Of a DNA stretch of 64,000 nucleotides, positions 53,108-63,055 are shown one piece after another. The notes under the pieces were generated by a model. That model had not been told where the DNA came from, did no database searches, and worked only from the letters and a program-made list of their open reading frames with translations. The position numbers were made by a program, and so were the translations under genes. Within the stretch, counting starts at the first letter, position 1. Every line of letters starts with the position of its first letter. The DNA is from Bacteriovoracia bacterium (GTDB lineage Bacteria; Bdellovibrionota; UBA1018; CAIPTA01). The DNA lies in assembly GCA_050246755.1 (NCBI GenBank), contig JBFWVL010000001.1:320001-384000 (forward strand), read 5' to 3'.

Positions 53108-54066
53108 TACTTACGCTTGCCCAAGCCGATTTCACGCAATCGCTGTTCGAGGTACTGCCCCGAGGTAATATGCGGGTAGAGCTCTTTGCCGCCGGTTTTG
53201 GCCACGCAGCCAGGGAGCGGAGAAAGGTCCACCTCGGAGCGAGGGTGCACGAAGTACGGCATCGAGAAGCGGCGCTCCCGCGAATTATCGGGGTTCACCA
53301 CGCGATGAGTGGTGCTCTTCAGCAAGCCGTTCGTGAGATTCTGGAGCATATCGCCCGTGTCCACGATGATCTGGCCTTTGAGCGCGTGGATCGGGAGCCA
53401 AGAGCCATCGCGTTTCAAGAGCTCGAGGCCCCCGGCGGTGGCTTCGCAGAGTAAGGTAATAAAATTGATGTCCTCGTGAGCCCCCGCACGAATGCTGGCA
53501 GGATCACGGCTTTCCGGAACTTCGGGGTAATTGATGATGCGGAGGATGGTATTCCCGTCTTTCGCCATGTCGGAAAGCAGCGTGGGTTTTTCTCCGATAT
53601 AGATCGAGCAGGCATCGAGCAAATGCATCGAACATACGTCGAGCTGGCGGTAGAGCTCGATCATCACTTCTTTGAATTCGGGGATCTCGGTGGGCCAGAG
53701 ATTGCGGGGATACTCTTGGTTGAATTTAGAGCTCTCGGGAAGCTCGCGTCCCACGTGCCAAAACTCTTTTAGGTCGGCGGCGGTGCTGCCCTTGGCGTGC
53801 TCGCGGCCGAAGCTCGTGAATCCACGCTGCCCCTTGATCTCGAGGTCTTCGTAGCTACGCTTGGTATTTTCGGGAAGATCGAAGAAATCAGCCGAGATTT
53901 GGTAGGCTTTTTCGATGAGCCGGTAATCCACCCCGTGATTCTGGAGAGCCACGAAGCCCGTGTCTTTGAGCGAATCGCCAAGTGCGGAGATGAATCTTTC
54001 TTTGCCGCCTTGTGAGCCGCGAAGAAAATCCTGAAGGTCTACTACGGGTATTGTTTGCAACGGCAT
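53104..54066 (-). CDS. 2OG-Fe(II) oxygenase, isopenicillin N synthase-like family
   Basis: IPVVDL, GFV.L.NHGV, HED, GDML, HRV, RFS. Confidence 0.92.
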   Translation of the reverse strand: MPLQTIPVVDLQDFLRGSQGGKERFISALGDSLKDTGFVALQNHGVDYRLIEKAYQISADFFDLPENTKRSYEDLEIKGQRGFTSFGREHAKGSTAADLKEFWHVGRELPESSKFNQEYPRNLWPTEIPEFKEVMIELYRQLDVCSMHLLDACSIYIGEKPTLLSDMAKDGNTILRIINYPEVPESRDPASIRAGAHEDINFITLLCEATAGGLELLKRDGSWLPIHALKGQIIVDTGDMLQNLTNGLLKSTTHRVVNPDNSRERRFSMPYFVHPRSEVDLSPLPGCVAKTGGKELYPHITSGQYLEQRLREIGLGKRKY

Positions 54067-54219
54067 ACGAAAAATCCCTTTCCCGTTTAAGAAAGTTACC
54101 CGAACGCGACACACCGGGCAAGAACGAACATTTAACGCATGATAAGCGCCTTTCGATGCATAACGAGATTAATGCGGCGCTTCTCCTTAGGGCCGAGAAC
54201 TTCGCGTAGAATGCTTCCT

Positions 54220-54768
54220 ATGAGCAAATCCCGCTGCCACTGGGCCGATACCCACGAACTCTTCCCCGCCTATCACGATGAGGAATGGGGGAAACCCGTC
54301 CATGACGACCGGCTCCTCTTCGAGATGATTAACCTTGAGGGCGCCCAGGCCGGCCTGAGCTGGCTCACGATCCTCAAAAAGCGCGCAAGCTACAAAAAGG
54401 CCTTCGATAATTTCGACGCCAAAAAAATCGCCAAGTATACCGCGGCCAGGCAGGCGGTTCTCCTGAAGAACGAAGGCATCGTGCGCAATCGCCTGAAGGT
54501 GAAAGCCACGATCGAAAACGCGAAGGCATTTTTAGCCGCGCAGAAAGAATTCGGCAGCTTCGACAAATATATCTGGAGCTTCGTGGAAGGAAAAACCATT
54601 CCCCACTCCCAGCGCAAAAAGGCCCTCGCGATCAGCGAGGTGATGAGCAAGGAACTGAAGAAGCGGGGTTTTCGTTTCGTGGGCGCCACGATCTGTTTCG
54701 CGTTCATGCAGGCCGTGGGCCTGGTAAACGATCATGCACCGGAATGTTTTTTACATAAGAAGAAATAG
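54220..54768 (+). CDS. tag: DNA-3-methyladenine glycosylase I
   Basis: RC.W, YHDEEWG.P, LEGAQAGLSW, IVRNRLK, GFRFVG, MQAVGLVNDH..C. Confidence 0.96.
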   Translation: MSKSRCHWADTHELFPAYHDEEWGKPVHDDRLLFEMINLEGAQAGLSWLTILKKRASYKKAFDNFDAKKIAKYTAARQAVLLKNEGIVRNRLKVKATIENAKAFLAAQKEFGSFDKYIWSFVEGKTIPHSQRKKALAISEVMSKELKKRGFRFVGATICFAFMQAVGLVNDHAPECFLHKKK

Positions 54769-55989
54769 CTAATCGTCGTAACGAATGACTCTCTGGTTTT
54801 CTGATTTGCGCTGCTCCCGGAATTTTTTGTCCTGCTCCCGCGCATAGACGATCCCGTACCCCGCCGCTCCCACCGGCGCCGCGGCGGCACCCACTACGGC
54901 CGCGCCCTCCGCGTGCACCACCAGCCCTTGCCAGATTTTCTCTCCCTTTTTGTAGGAAAAATCTCCGGCACGGCTTAAACCGTTAACTCCTTCGATCCGG
55001 AACATTTCGGTTTTCATCCCGTGCACGGCGCTTTCCTTCTCGATAAAATCCGCGCCCTTGCGCTCGCCTTTATCGATAAGAGTCTTCCTGAGGGAGCTGA
55101 GAAAATAACCGTAGTTCCACGTGTCGGTGCCTACTTCATTGAGGCCGAGCCTCTTCACGGCCGAAGCATGGTGGAGGTTTAGATCGTCGATGATGGGTTT
55201 GATCAAGGCCTGCATTTTTTCTTTTCCGATCGCTTCCTTCAATCGCCAGAGCGTGCGCGAGAAAAGCATGGAATTATCGTGGTAACGCCCGCCAAAATTC
55301 TCCGGGCTTACCACCCACTTTCCGCCTCCGCTCACGCCCGTGGCGATGTCCCTAATCGGCAGGTCGGGGTGAAGCGCGCCCATCCCCATCGCGGGGTCAT
55401 CGAGGTTCATGGCCGCCATAAAATCAGCGAGCGCTTCCTGGATGGTATTGTCCTTATTGATGAAGGCTTTTTTATCGTAGGTGGCGTGGAGAATGCCGTG
55501 GGTGCGCTCGTGGAGAAGCACCGACTTCGACGTGGCGGCGAGTCGGTTGGTGAGAAACGGATTCATCGCGATCGTATTTTCGGGGAGCCGAAAATCGCGA
55601 ATATTCAGAATAGGAGCGCTCACTGAGAAGGGACCGATGGAGGAATGATAGGAATTTTCCGCCATCACGAGGCGGGTGCTGGCCGGAGTGCGGAATCCCA
55701 ACTGCCCCATGGCGTGGTCGTAGGCCACTAGGTTCGCCAGCGCTTCCTCGGCCGCCGCTTTTCCGGAGCCTATCTTTCCCATCACCCGGATGGTGCCGGC
55801 CTTCGCCAGGGAACGATAAGGGTACGTCATCAGTCCGGCAGCCACCTTCGCCGCCGTTAGATTTTCGCGTAAATCGGATTTCCGCTCGAACCGGGAAAGC
55901 GCCGCGAAGCGCTCGCCGCACGAGGCTTCGGCGGCAAGTGCCGCGGGCGTCGTGAAGGCTAAAGTGAGAATAGCGAGCAGGGTATACAT
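54769..55989 (-). CDS. secreted gluzincin-type zinc metallopeptidase (M4/M36-like)
   Basis: Signal peptide; HERTH (HExxH), IQEALADF third ligand, YH.NS...S..LW. Confidence 0.75.
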   Translation of the reverse strand: MYTLLAILTLAFTTPAALAAEASCGERFAALSRFERKSDLRENLTAAKVAAGLMTYPYRSLAKAGTIRVMGKIGSGKAAAEEALANLVAYDHAMGQLGFRTPASTRLVMAENSYHSSIGPFSVSAPILNIRDFRLPENTIAMNPFLTNRLAATSKSVLLHERTHGILHATYDKKAFINKDNTIQEALADFMAAMNLDDPAMGMGALHPDLPIRDIATGVSGGGKWVVSPENFGGRYHDNSMLFSRTLWRLKEAIGKEKMQALIKPIIDDLNLHHASAVKRLGLNEVGTDTWNYGYFLSSLRKTLIDKGERKGADFIEKESAVHGMKTEMFRIEGVNGLSRAGDFSYKKGEKIWQGLVVHAEGAAVVGAAAAPVGAAGYGIVYAREQDKKFREQRKSENQRVIRYDD

Positions 55990-56103
55990 CCCAGCCGTAT
56001 CGGTTTTTTCCGGGGAGCGGTAAAGAATTTCCGGTAGCAGGTAGCGTGGCGCTAAATAAAATCAGTTCGGGCTCGAGCCGGCCTGGTTTGCTAAATTAGA
56101 AGG

Positions 56104-56563
56104 ATGAAATCTCTTCTCTGTTTGCTCATGGCTTTTTTTGCTGCCCTCTCACGCCTACGCGGCGGAATCTAAAGTAATGCTCACCCAATGCGATGAATAC
56201 GCGAAAAAGTTCACGTCCGTGGCCGAAACCAAAAAACTCGCCGAAGGTTACGAGCAGTTCGTGACCAAGGCCATCGCCTCCGCCGATAACTTCAATCAGA
56301 AGTGCAAAGCCCTGGGCGCGAACGTAACCCAGAAAGCCGCGGCCCGTATCACCACCGACCGTGCCGATTATATGATCGCCGTTACCAAGCTGAAAAATTC
56401 CGCCTCGCGCGTGGCGCATTCCCTCGACGACCTCAACCGCTTGCTGGCCCAGCTCGGCGATAGCTCGGAATGCAAAAAGAATATCGATCAGTCGCTCCGG
56501 GTGATGACGAGCGGCTACCCCCGCAAAGAAGTGATCGTGGCGATCAACGATTGCAACAAGTAA
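56104..56563 (+). pseudogene. secreted helical protein frameshifted in a T7 run within its signal peptide (phase-variable, pseudogene or sequencing error)
   Basis: The frame from ATG 56104 stops after 22 codons. Removing one T at 56133-56139 gives MKSLLCLLMAFLLPSHAYA joined to the 56138-56563 ORF. Confidence 0.65.
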
Positions 56564-56723
56564 CGCACTCCACCTGTCGGCGCCGCAAGTTCGTTAAATC
56601 CTCTTAACACCCCCCGGATCCATCAACCGCCGTATGCCCATCCCTAGCTACGGCCTTTTAGCCGTTGCCCCCCTCCCAACCCCGGCCTATAAAAGCTTTC
56701 TCAAACTCAACCAGAGGAAACCC

Positions 56724-57161
56724 ATGAAAAACTTTCTATTCGCCCTAGTCCTTTGCGCCGCCCCCGCCTTCGCTTCCACCCCCTCCGAAAACGTGGATAA
56801 AATTGATACCGCCCGCGAAGGCAATCTCAAGCAACTGACCGTGAAGTACTTTCAGGACAATCTGAAAATCGCCTGCGAAGAAGGACAAGTGGCGAAATTC
56901 GACGCTTTCAAAATCACCAGCGAGTCCGCGAACCAAGAAAAATCGCCCCATACCCCCTACGACTATTCGGCTACTTATCTCGTGGTGCAGAAATGTCTCT
57001 ACGGCTCCACTTACGTGGGCGCCTATGCCGACACCATGAAATCGGTTCTCGTGAAAGGCAGTTTCCACTCCAAATACAATAGCAAGAATGGCCCCGCGAA
57101 AATGGAAGGCCTCGCCTTTGAATACATTAAAGACGTAGACGTTTCGGTTCCCGCGAACTAA
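56724..57161 (+). CDS. secreted hypothetical protein
   Basis: GAGG RBS; signal peptide MKNFLFALVLCAAPAFA; followed by a terminator. Confidence 0.8.
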   Translation: MKNFLFALVLCAAPAFASTPSENVDKIDTAREGNLKQLTVKYFQDNLKIACEEGQVAKFDAFKITSESANQEKSPHTPYDYSATYLVVQKCLYGSTYVGAYADTMKSVLVKGSFHSKYNSKNGPAKMEGLAFEYIKDVDVSVPAN

Positions 57162-57176
57162 CCGTTTCTGAATAAA

Positions 57177-57219
57177 AGAAATGCCGGTGAAGCTTAGCTT
57201 TACTGGCATTTCTGTTTTT
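57177..57219 (+). terminator. intrinsic terminator
   Basis: AGAAATGCCGGTGAAGC-TTA-GCTTTACTGGCATTTCT followed by GTTTTT. Confidence 0.75.
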
Positions 57220-57236
57220 GTGATAGGTAGGAGCCC

Positions 57237-58346
57237 ATGAGTTCCTTCAACGACTTCGACCTCCTAGAAACCCTACGGGAAACCCTCGCCGAAAAAGGCT
57301 TTACCGAGCCCACCGAGATCCAGTCCCTCACCATCCCCCGTCTCCTCAACGGCAAGTCCGTGGCCGGCGTGGCCGAAACCGGCAGCGGGAAAACCCTCGC
57401 CTACGCCCTTCCCCTCCTCCACCTAGTGAAAAGCCTGGAGCTAGGCGGAGACAAGATCGAAGACGATTCCCGCCCCCGCGCCCTCGTGCTGGTTCCCACC
57501 CGCGAGCTCGGCGAGCAAGTGGCCAAAGCCTTCAAACCTTTCACCCATACCACCCGCGTGCGCGTGCGCTCCCTGCTCGGCGGCACTTCTTCCGAAATGG
57601 GTCGCCGGAACGTGGGCGCGCCCTTTGAAATTCTCGTGGCCACCCCCGGCCGCCTCGTGCAATTCCTCCAGCGCCGCCTCATCGACCTCAGCGACGTGCG
57701 CTCCCTCGTATTCGATGAAGCCGACCAAATGCTCGACCAGGGCTTCCTCCCCGACGCGAATAAGATCGCCGCGGCCTGCCCCGAAGAACGCCAGATGGTT
57801 CTCTTCTCGGCCACCGTTTCTTCCCAGGTGCAGGAACTCATCAACCAGCTCTTCGGCGACACGAAAATAATCCGCTCCGAGGGCAGCGGCAATACCGTGG
57901 CCAGCCTCACCACCCAGAACCGTACGGTGGAAAACGGCAAGCGCTTTCCCCTGCTGAAGAGCGTGGTGGCGGAAGTGGTGAAGGGTGGCACTATCCTGTT
58001 CACGAATACCCGCGAGCAATGCGATATTCTCGCCGAAGAATTGCAAAGCCTCGGAGCCGAGTGCGTGATCTACCGCGGAGAGATGGACAAGCAGGACCGC
58101 CGGAAGAACCTCAAGGCCTTCCGCGAAGGCAAAGTGCAATTCCTCGTGTCTACCGACCTCGCCTCCCGCGGGCTCGACGTAGACCACGTGGGCCGCGTAG
58201 TGAACTACCACCTGCCCCAGCAACTAGAAAACTACCTCCACCGCGTGGGCCGCACCGCCCGCGCCGGACGCGCCGGTTTGGTAATCAACTTTGTTACCGA
58301 GCGGGACCTGCCGCTGCTCAGGCAGCTGGATAAGATGGAAAAGTAA
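57237..58346 (+). CDS. DEAD-box RNA helicase (core only)
   Basis: PTEIQ, AETGSGKT, PTREL, TPGR, DEAD, SAT, SRGLD, HRVGRTAR. Confidence 0.95.
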   Translation: MSSFNDFDLLETLRETLAEKGFTEPTEIQSLTIPRLLNGKSVAGVAETGSGKTLAYALPLLHLVKSLELGGDKIEDDSRPRALVLVPTRELGEQVAKAFKPFTHTTRVRVRSLLGGTSSEMGRRNVGAPFEILVATPGRLVQFLQRRLIDLSDVRSLVFDEADQMLDQGFLPDANKIAAACPEERQMVLFSATVSSQVQELINQLFGDTKIIRSEGSGNTVASLTTQNRTVENGKRFPLLKSVVAEVVKGGTILFTNTREQCDILAEELQSLGAECVIYRGEMDKQDRRKNLKAFREGKVQFLVSTDLASRGLDVDHVGRVVNYHLPQQLENYLHRVGRTARAGRAGLVINFVTERDLPLLRQLDKMEK

Positions 58347-58371
58347 AACCGCGGGATGGCGTCCGCGGTTT
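58346..58371. terminator. hairpin between convergent genes
   Basis: AAACCGCGG-N8-CCGCGGTTT. Confidence 0.55.
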
Positions 58372-58381
58372 AGGCCTCGAA

Positions 58382-59503
58382 CTAAGCCTCCGCCAGCTGC
58401 CCGGCCGGTGGACGTTTCTCCTGCACCATGCGCAGCACTTCCTGGTGGGCCTCGCAGCCGATGATCTTGGAAGTATCCTCGATGGGCGGAATCTTATAGG
58501 GCATCAGCATCCGGTCCTTCACTTCGTAGATACGCGCGTAGGCGGCTTCCACTTGCTCGGCGGTGATGCGGCCGGTTTCGAGGAACTTGAAGGCGATGTC
58601 CATGGCCTTGCGGCCCCGCTCTTCGTGGCGGTAGCAGAGCAGGTCGCAGCCGGCGTTGATGGCGAGGGCGATCATGTCCTCTTCGCCGAAGTGCTTCACC
58701 ACCGCATCCATCTGCATATCGTCAGTGATCACCAGCTTATTGTAACGGAGCTCTTTACGGAGAAGGTTCGTGATCGTCGTATAGGAAAGCGTGGCGGGAT
58801 AGATGGGATCGAGCGCCTTGTTCAGGATATGGGCGGTCATGATCATGTCCACGCGGCTGCGGATCACGCGGATGAAGGGCTTGAGTTCGCGCTTCATCAA
58901 ATCTTCCCAAGAAACATCCACCATCGGCAAGTCGTAGTGGGAATCCACGGTGGTATCGCCGTGGCCGGGAAAGTGCTTCGCGCAGGCGATCACTTTGTTG
59001 GCCACGAAGCCGCGCACCATGGCGCTGGCGATGCGGGAAACCAATTCGTCATCCGAGCCGAAAGAGCGGCGGCCAATTACGGGATTCGAAGGACGGGTGT
59101 GGATATCGCAGAGCGGGTGAAAATCTAAGTTCACGCCCACCGACCGTAATTCCTTGGCCATCACTTCGGCCACGAGGAAGGCTAATTTCGGGGAGGCGAT
59201 ATCGCCGATCTCGGCGGGCTCGGGAAAATGCGTGAAAGGCTTGCGGAAGCGCTGCACGCGCCCGCCTTCGTGATCCACCGAAATAAAGAGCGGAAGGTTG
59301 CGGCCCTTATCGCGGGTGCTCTGGATATTTTCCGACATTTCGTGCAGGAGCGCGGGCGTTTCGTAGTTGGGCGCAAAATAAATGATGCCGCCCGGCTGGT
59401 AGTCTTCGAGGAACTCCTTCGAGGCGGGCGCGAGCTCGGTGCCCGGCACTCCCACGATGAACATCTGCGCCAGTTTGTATTCAATCTCAGATCGTTTCGC
59501 CAT
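58382..59503 (-). CDS. nagZ: beta-N-acetylhexosaminidase (GH3)
   Basis: SVDHEGGRVQR, KHFPGHG.T.VDSH, MTAH, ITDDMQM. Confidence 0.93.
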   Translation of the reverse strand: MAKRSEIEYKLAQMFIVGVPGTELAPASKEFLEDYQPGGIIYFAPNYETPALLHEMSENIQSTRDKGRNLPLFISVDHEGGRVQRFRKPFTHFPEPAEIGDIASPKLAFLVAEVMAKELRSVGVNLDFHPLCDIHTRPSNPVIGRRSFGSDDELVSRIASAMVRGFVANKVIACAKHFPGHGDTTVDSHYDLPMVDVSWEDLMKRELKPFIRVIRSRVDMIMTAHILNKALDPIYPATLSYTTITNLLRKELRYNKLVITDDMQMDAVVKHFGEEDMIALAINAGCDLLCYRHEERGRKAMDIAFKFLETGRITAEQVEAAYARIYEVKDRMLMPYKIPPIEDTSKIIGCEAHQEVLRMVQEKRPPAGQLAEA

Positions 59504-60891
59504 TAGCTTCCCTGCTTAATCCCTAGTTCCTTCATCTTCAGCTGCAAACCCTTGCGCGAAATACCGAGATGCTCGGCGGTGCGGGTAATATTGCCGTCCA
59601 TTTCCTCAAGGGCCTTCTCAATCAGATCTTTCTCGAGATTCTGGGTTTGGCGGCGCACGATCTCGCGAAAGGAGGCGCCCTCGCTTCCCGCGGAAAGATC
59701 GATCTCCGAGCGAAGGTCGCCGGGAATCTCGGAGGCTTTTAGTTCCGCCCCGGTAGCCAGCAAGCACATTCTCTCGAGCACATGCTCGAGCTGGCGCAAA
59801 TTACCCGGCCAGGAAACCGCGCGAAAAACTTCCATGCAGCCCGGCTCGACGCCGCGCACGTTGCGGTTCAGTTTTTTATTCAGGCGGCGGAGAAAAAACT
59901 CCGTGAGCTCGGGCAAGTCCTCCTTGCGCTCGCGGAGCGGCGGCAAGGTAATCGGCACCACGTTGAGCTTATAAAAAAGATCTTCCTGGAAACGCCCTTC
60001 CTTTACCTCGCGCTGCAAATCCTTGCGGCTGGCGGCGATCACGCGCACGTCGGCGGTATGCTTTTCGCCGGTGCGGGGATCCTCAAATTGGCCCGTTTCC
60101 AGGAATTGGAAAAACTGCTGCTGCACCTCGGAATTCATCTCGGAAATTTCGTCGATAAACAGGGTTCCCTTGTTAGCCAGCTCGAGCCGGCCGGGCTTCG
60201 AGCCTCCGCCGAAGAGCTCGGTCTCGAGCGTCATCGAAGAAACCGCCACGCAGTTCACCTTGATGAGGGGCTGAAAAGAGCGATCCGAAAGGCGGTGGAT
60301 TTCCTCGGCCAGCAATTCTTTACCGCAACCCGTTTCGCCCAAGAGCAAAAGAGTGCTGGGGCTCGGGGCCACTTTGCGGATTACTTCTTTTACCGACTGA
60401 ATCACCCGTGATTTTCCGCTGAGCACGGCGAATACGCTCATCTCTTCCGCGTTGGCGGTGCCCTCGGTATTCTCGAGGGAAAGCTGCTTAAGGCGCGCGG
60501 TGTTCACGGCTTTCTGCACCACCGAAACGATCTCGCTCTGTTCAAAGGGTTTCGTAATATAATCAAAGGCGCCCTTTTTAATCGCGTCCACGGCGGAATC
60601 CACCGTGCCGAACGCGGTGATCATCACTACCGGCATGCTGGGATAAAGGCGCTTGCTCTCCTCGAGGAAAGCCATGCCGTCGATATCGGGCATGTATAAA
60701 TCAGTGATCGCGGCATCGAAATGCTGGGTGCGAAGGGCATTGAGCGCCTCGCGGGGATCGGTGAAGCCCTCCACGCGGAATTCTCGTTTTTCCAAAATGG
60801 CTTTCAGCACCGTCACGATATTGCGCTCGTCGTCGAGCACGAGCACCGAGGGTGCCTGGCCATCCGGGGTTTGCGAAGCGAACATACTCAC
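59503..60891 (-). CDS. NtrC-like response regulator (REC-AAA-HTH) lacking the GAFTGA loop
   Basis: LDDE, TDLYMP, KPF, GETGCGKE, ELFGGGSKPG (no GAFTGA), FIDEI, WPGNLRQL, Fis-type HTH. Confidence 0.9.
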   Translation of the reverse strand: MSMFASQTPDGQAPSVLVLDDERNIVTVLKAILEKREFRVEGFTDPREALNALRTQHFDAAITDLYMPDIDGMAFLEESKRLYPSMPVVMITAFGTVDSAVDAIKKGAFDYITKPFEQSEIVSVVQKAVNTARLKQLSLENTEGTANAEEMSVFAVLSGKSRVIQSVKEVIRKVAPSPSTLLLLGETGCGKELLAEEIHRLSDRSFQPLIKVNCVAVSSMTLETELFGGGSKPGRLELANKGTLFIDEISEMNSEVQQQFFQFLETGQFEDPRTGEKHTADVRVIAASRKDLQREVKEGRFQEDLFYKLNVVPITLPPLRERKEDLPELTEFFLRRLNKKLNRNVRGVEPGCMEVFRAVSWPGNLRQLEHVLERMCLLATGAELKASEIPGDLRSEIDLSAGSEGASFREIVRRQTQNLEKDLIEKALEEMDGNITRTAEHLGISRKGLQLKMKELGIKQGS

Positions 60892-63005
60892 TCCTTCTTC
60901 TCAGTGGTGAATCGCAGCGTCATCAGCGTGCCTTCTCCGGGCACGCTAGAGGCTTCCATTCTCCCGCCGTGAGCCTCGGCGATTTTCTGGCAAATCGAAA
61001 GTCCTAAGCCCGTGCCCTGCGGGCTTTGGGTAAAGAAGGGAATGAAAATTTTATCCAAAACCTCATTCGTCATCCCCGGCCCGTTGTCTTCCACGCCGAG
61101 ACTGATTTCGATATTACCATCGCGTATTGTATGGGCCAACCGGAGGGAGATGGTAGGCCTTTTTTGACCTTTTTTCCCGTTTAACGCACGGTAAGAATTC
61201 TCTAAAAGATTCGCGAGCACGAGCCCGATCAACGCAGGCTGGCACTTCACCTGCGGCATCGCATCAGGAATCACCACAAAGAATTCGATGTTTTCTTCGG
61301 CAAAGCGGCGGCGAAAACGGCTCGCGGCTTTTTCCACCACTTCGCGCAAATCGGCGAAGGTAGGCTCGCCGCGAAACGGCTTGGCGTAGTTCAAGAACTG
61401 CGTCACCACTTCATTGAGGCGATTCACTTCCTCCACGATGATTTTTAAAAATGGTTCTTGCGGATCGCCGGGCTTGGGCTCCAGCACCTGCGCCGCCCCC
61501 TTGATAGCCCCGAGGGGATTGCGAATTTCGTGCGCGAGGCCGGCCGCCATTTCACCGATCGTGGCCAGGCGATCCCGCTCCCGCAAGCGGGCATAGATAT
61601 CCAGCTCATGGAGTGCTTCCCCAGCCCGCTCGAAGTACGGGGCGAAGAGCGGCAAGGCTCCCCAGCTCTCATCCCAATGGACGGGCGGCTCGGGAAGATC
61701 CAAAGTGGCGAATCCCAGCACGATATGATTGTGCACGAGCGGGAACGCCAGGGTCGAACGCAGCGACTGCAAAGCCTGCAGCGCCAGCTGCACTTGAGCC
61801 AAGCGAGAGGGAATGGTCTCGCGCGCGCTCACCTGTTCGAGCTCCACACCGAGCACGGGCATCCAGGTCTTTCCCTTTTTCCACTGGTGAATCAGCGGAA
61901 AACTCGCGGGCAAAGATTCGGGAAGCGACTGGCCGGCGGTGGTATCGTGCAGCTTACGAAACTGTTTCCCCTCCGCGTCTAGCGCATAAAACGAAAGCAT
62001 GGAAGTTCCCAATGCACGCGTAAGAAATTTATCGGTGGCCGCCGCGATGGCCTGGCCATGGAAAGCGCCCGCGATTTCTTTGCTCGCCTCCTGGATGAGG
62101 CGGTGGATGGCGGAAGCTTCTTTGAAAAAGAAGGATTGGAAGAGCACGGAGGCAATGCTGCGCACGGGGTCTAAGCTAACCACCGCGATGAAGGCGGCAA
62201 AGAAAGCATTGATCAGGTAGAGCGCGAGATTATTTTTCACCCAGGTGGTGATCAGAATAAAAAGCAGGAAGCAGCTCAGGCCACCCACGATATTCACGAG
62301 CAAGCGGCCGAGAATACGGCGGGAACTTACGAGTGACTGGTGGAGCACGGCGTCCTTGATGAAATAGAAATACAGCGCCAGCAGAAGGTTTCCCACCGCG
62401 GGCAATACCCTTCCCATCCAGGGCACTCGGTCCATCACGCAGAGGAGCGTTACGCATACGCCGCCTAGGTAGAGCCAAAAGTTCCGGCGGCGCAGAGCCG
62501 AGCGCATGTCGAGGGCCGCAAGCCGCGCAAAATCACCCCAGCCTCCCCGGGGCTTCACGGCACCAAAAGCCTCGGAGAGTAGGAGGTAGAGATTCGCGAT
62601 CACGATGAGAGTAGGCCAGTAATAGCTCAAGGCCCGAATGGCGGGCGTGCGATCCAGGCCGAACACAACGGGGGGAATTAAAACGAAAGACCCCACCACC
62701 GAAAGCCGCAGGAGCCAGCGAAATACCCAGCCTTCAGGCCGAAGAAGGATATTCAGAAATACCAGGCTGAGCGGGGCGAGAAGTAAGGTGGTCAAGATAT
62801 GGACTGTCTCAAAAAGGCGCCAGTCCAGCACATTGGCCACAAAAAAGGCAAAAGCCCAAGCGCTGATGCAAAGGGTAAGGGCTGAATATGCCAGGTTAAG
62901 CTTATTCCCGAGCCCCCTGGATAGAACGTAGATGCCTAGGCTGAAGCACACGGCAGCGAGTAGGAGCACCGACTCAAATAAAAGGTCTATTTTGGCCGCG
63001 TACAT
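60888..63005 (-). CDS. membrane sensor histidine kinase (multi-TM N-terminus, GAF-like region, HisKA, HATPase)
   Basis: GLAHEIRNPL, NLLEN, DNGPG, PFFT, GTGLGL. Confidence 0.93.
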   Translation of the reverse strand: MYAAKIDLLFESVLLLAAVCFSLGIYVLSRGLGNKLNLAYSALTLCISAWAFAFFVANVLDWRLFETVHILTTLLLAPLSLVFLNILLRPEGWVFRWLLRLSVVGSFVLIPPVVFGLDRTPAIRALSYYWPTLIVIANLYLLLSEAFGAVKPRGGWGDFARLAALDMRSALRRRNFWLYLGGVCVTLLCVMDRVPWMGRVLPAVGNLLLALYFYFIKDAVLHQSLVSSRRILGRLLVNIVGGLSCFLLFILITTWVKNNLALYLINAFFAAFIAVVSLDPVRSIASVLFQSFFFKEASAIHRLIQEASKEIAGAFHGQAIAAATDKFLTRALGTSMLSFYALDAEGKQFRKLHDTTAGQSLPESLPASFPLIHQWKKGKTWMPVLGVELEQVSARETIPSRLAQVQLALQALQSLRSTLAFPLVHNHIVLGFATLDLPEPPVHWDESWGALPLFAPYFERAGEALHELDIYARLRERDRLATIGEMAAGLAHEIRNPLGAIKGAAQVLEPKPGDPQEPFLKIIVEEVNRLNEVVTQFLNYAKPFRGEPTFADLREVVEKAASRFRRRFAEENIEFFVVIPDAMPQVKCQPALIGLVLANLLENSYRALNGKKGQKRPTISLRLAHTIRDGNIEISLGVEDNGPGMTNEVLDKIFIPFFTQSPQGTGLGLSICQKIAEAHGGRMEASSVPGEGTLMTLRFTTEKKE

Positions 63006-63055
63006 AAGAATCCTTCAGCAGTTCCTCATAAGTTCCGAGAAGTTAATCGGACAAT

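Noticed and set aside
53104-54066. IPNS-like oxygenase as a sign of beta-lactam or secondary-metabolite biosynthesis
   Set aside because: This is a widespread stand-alone family, and there are no NRPS or tailoring genes nearby.
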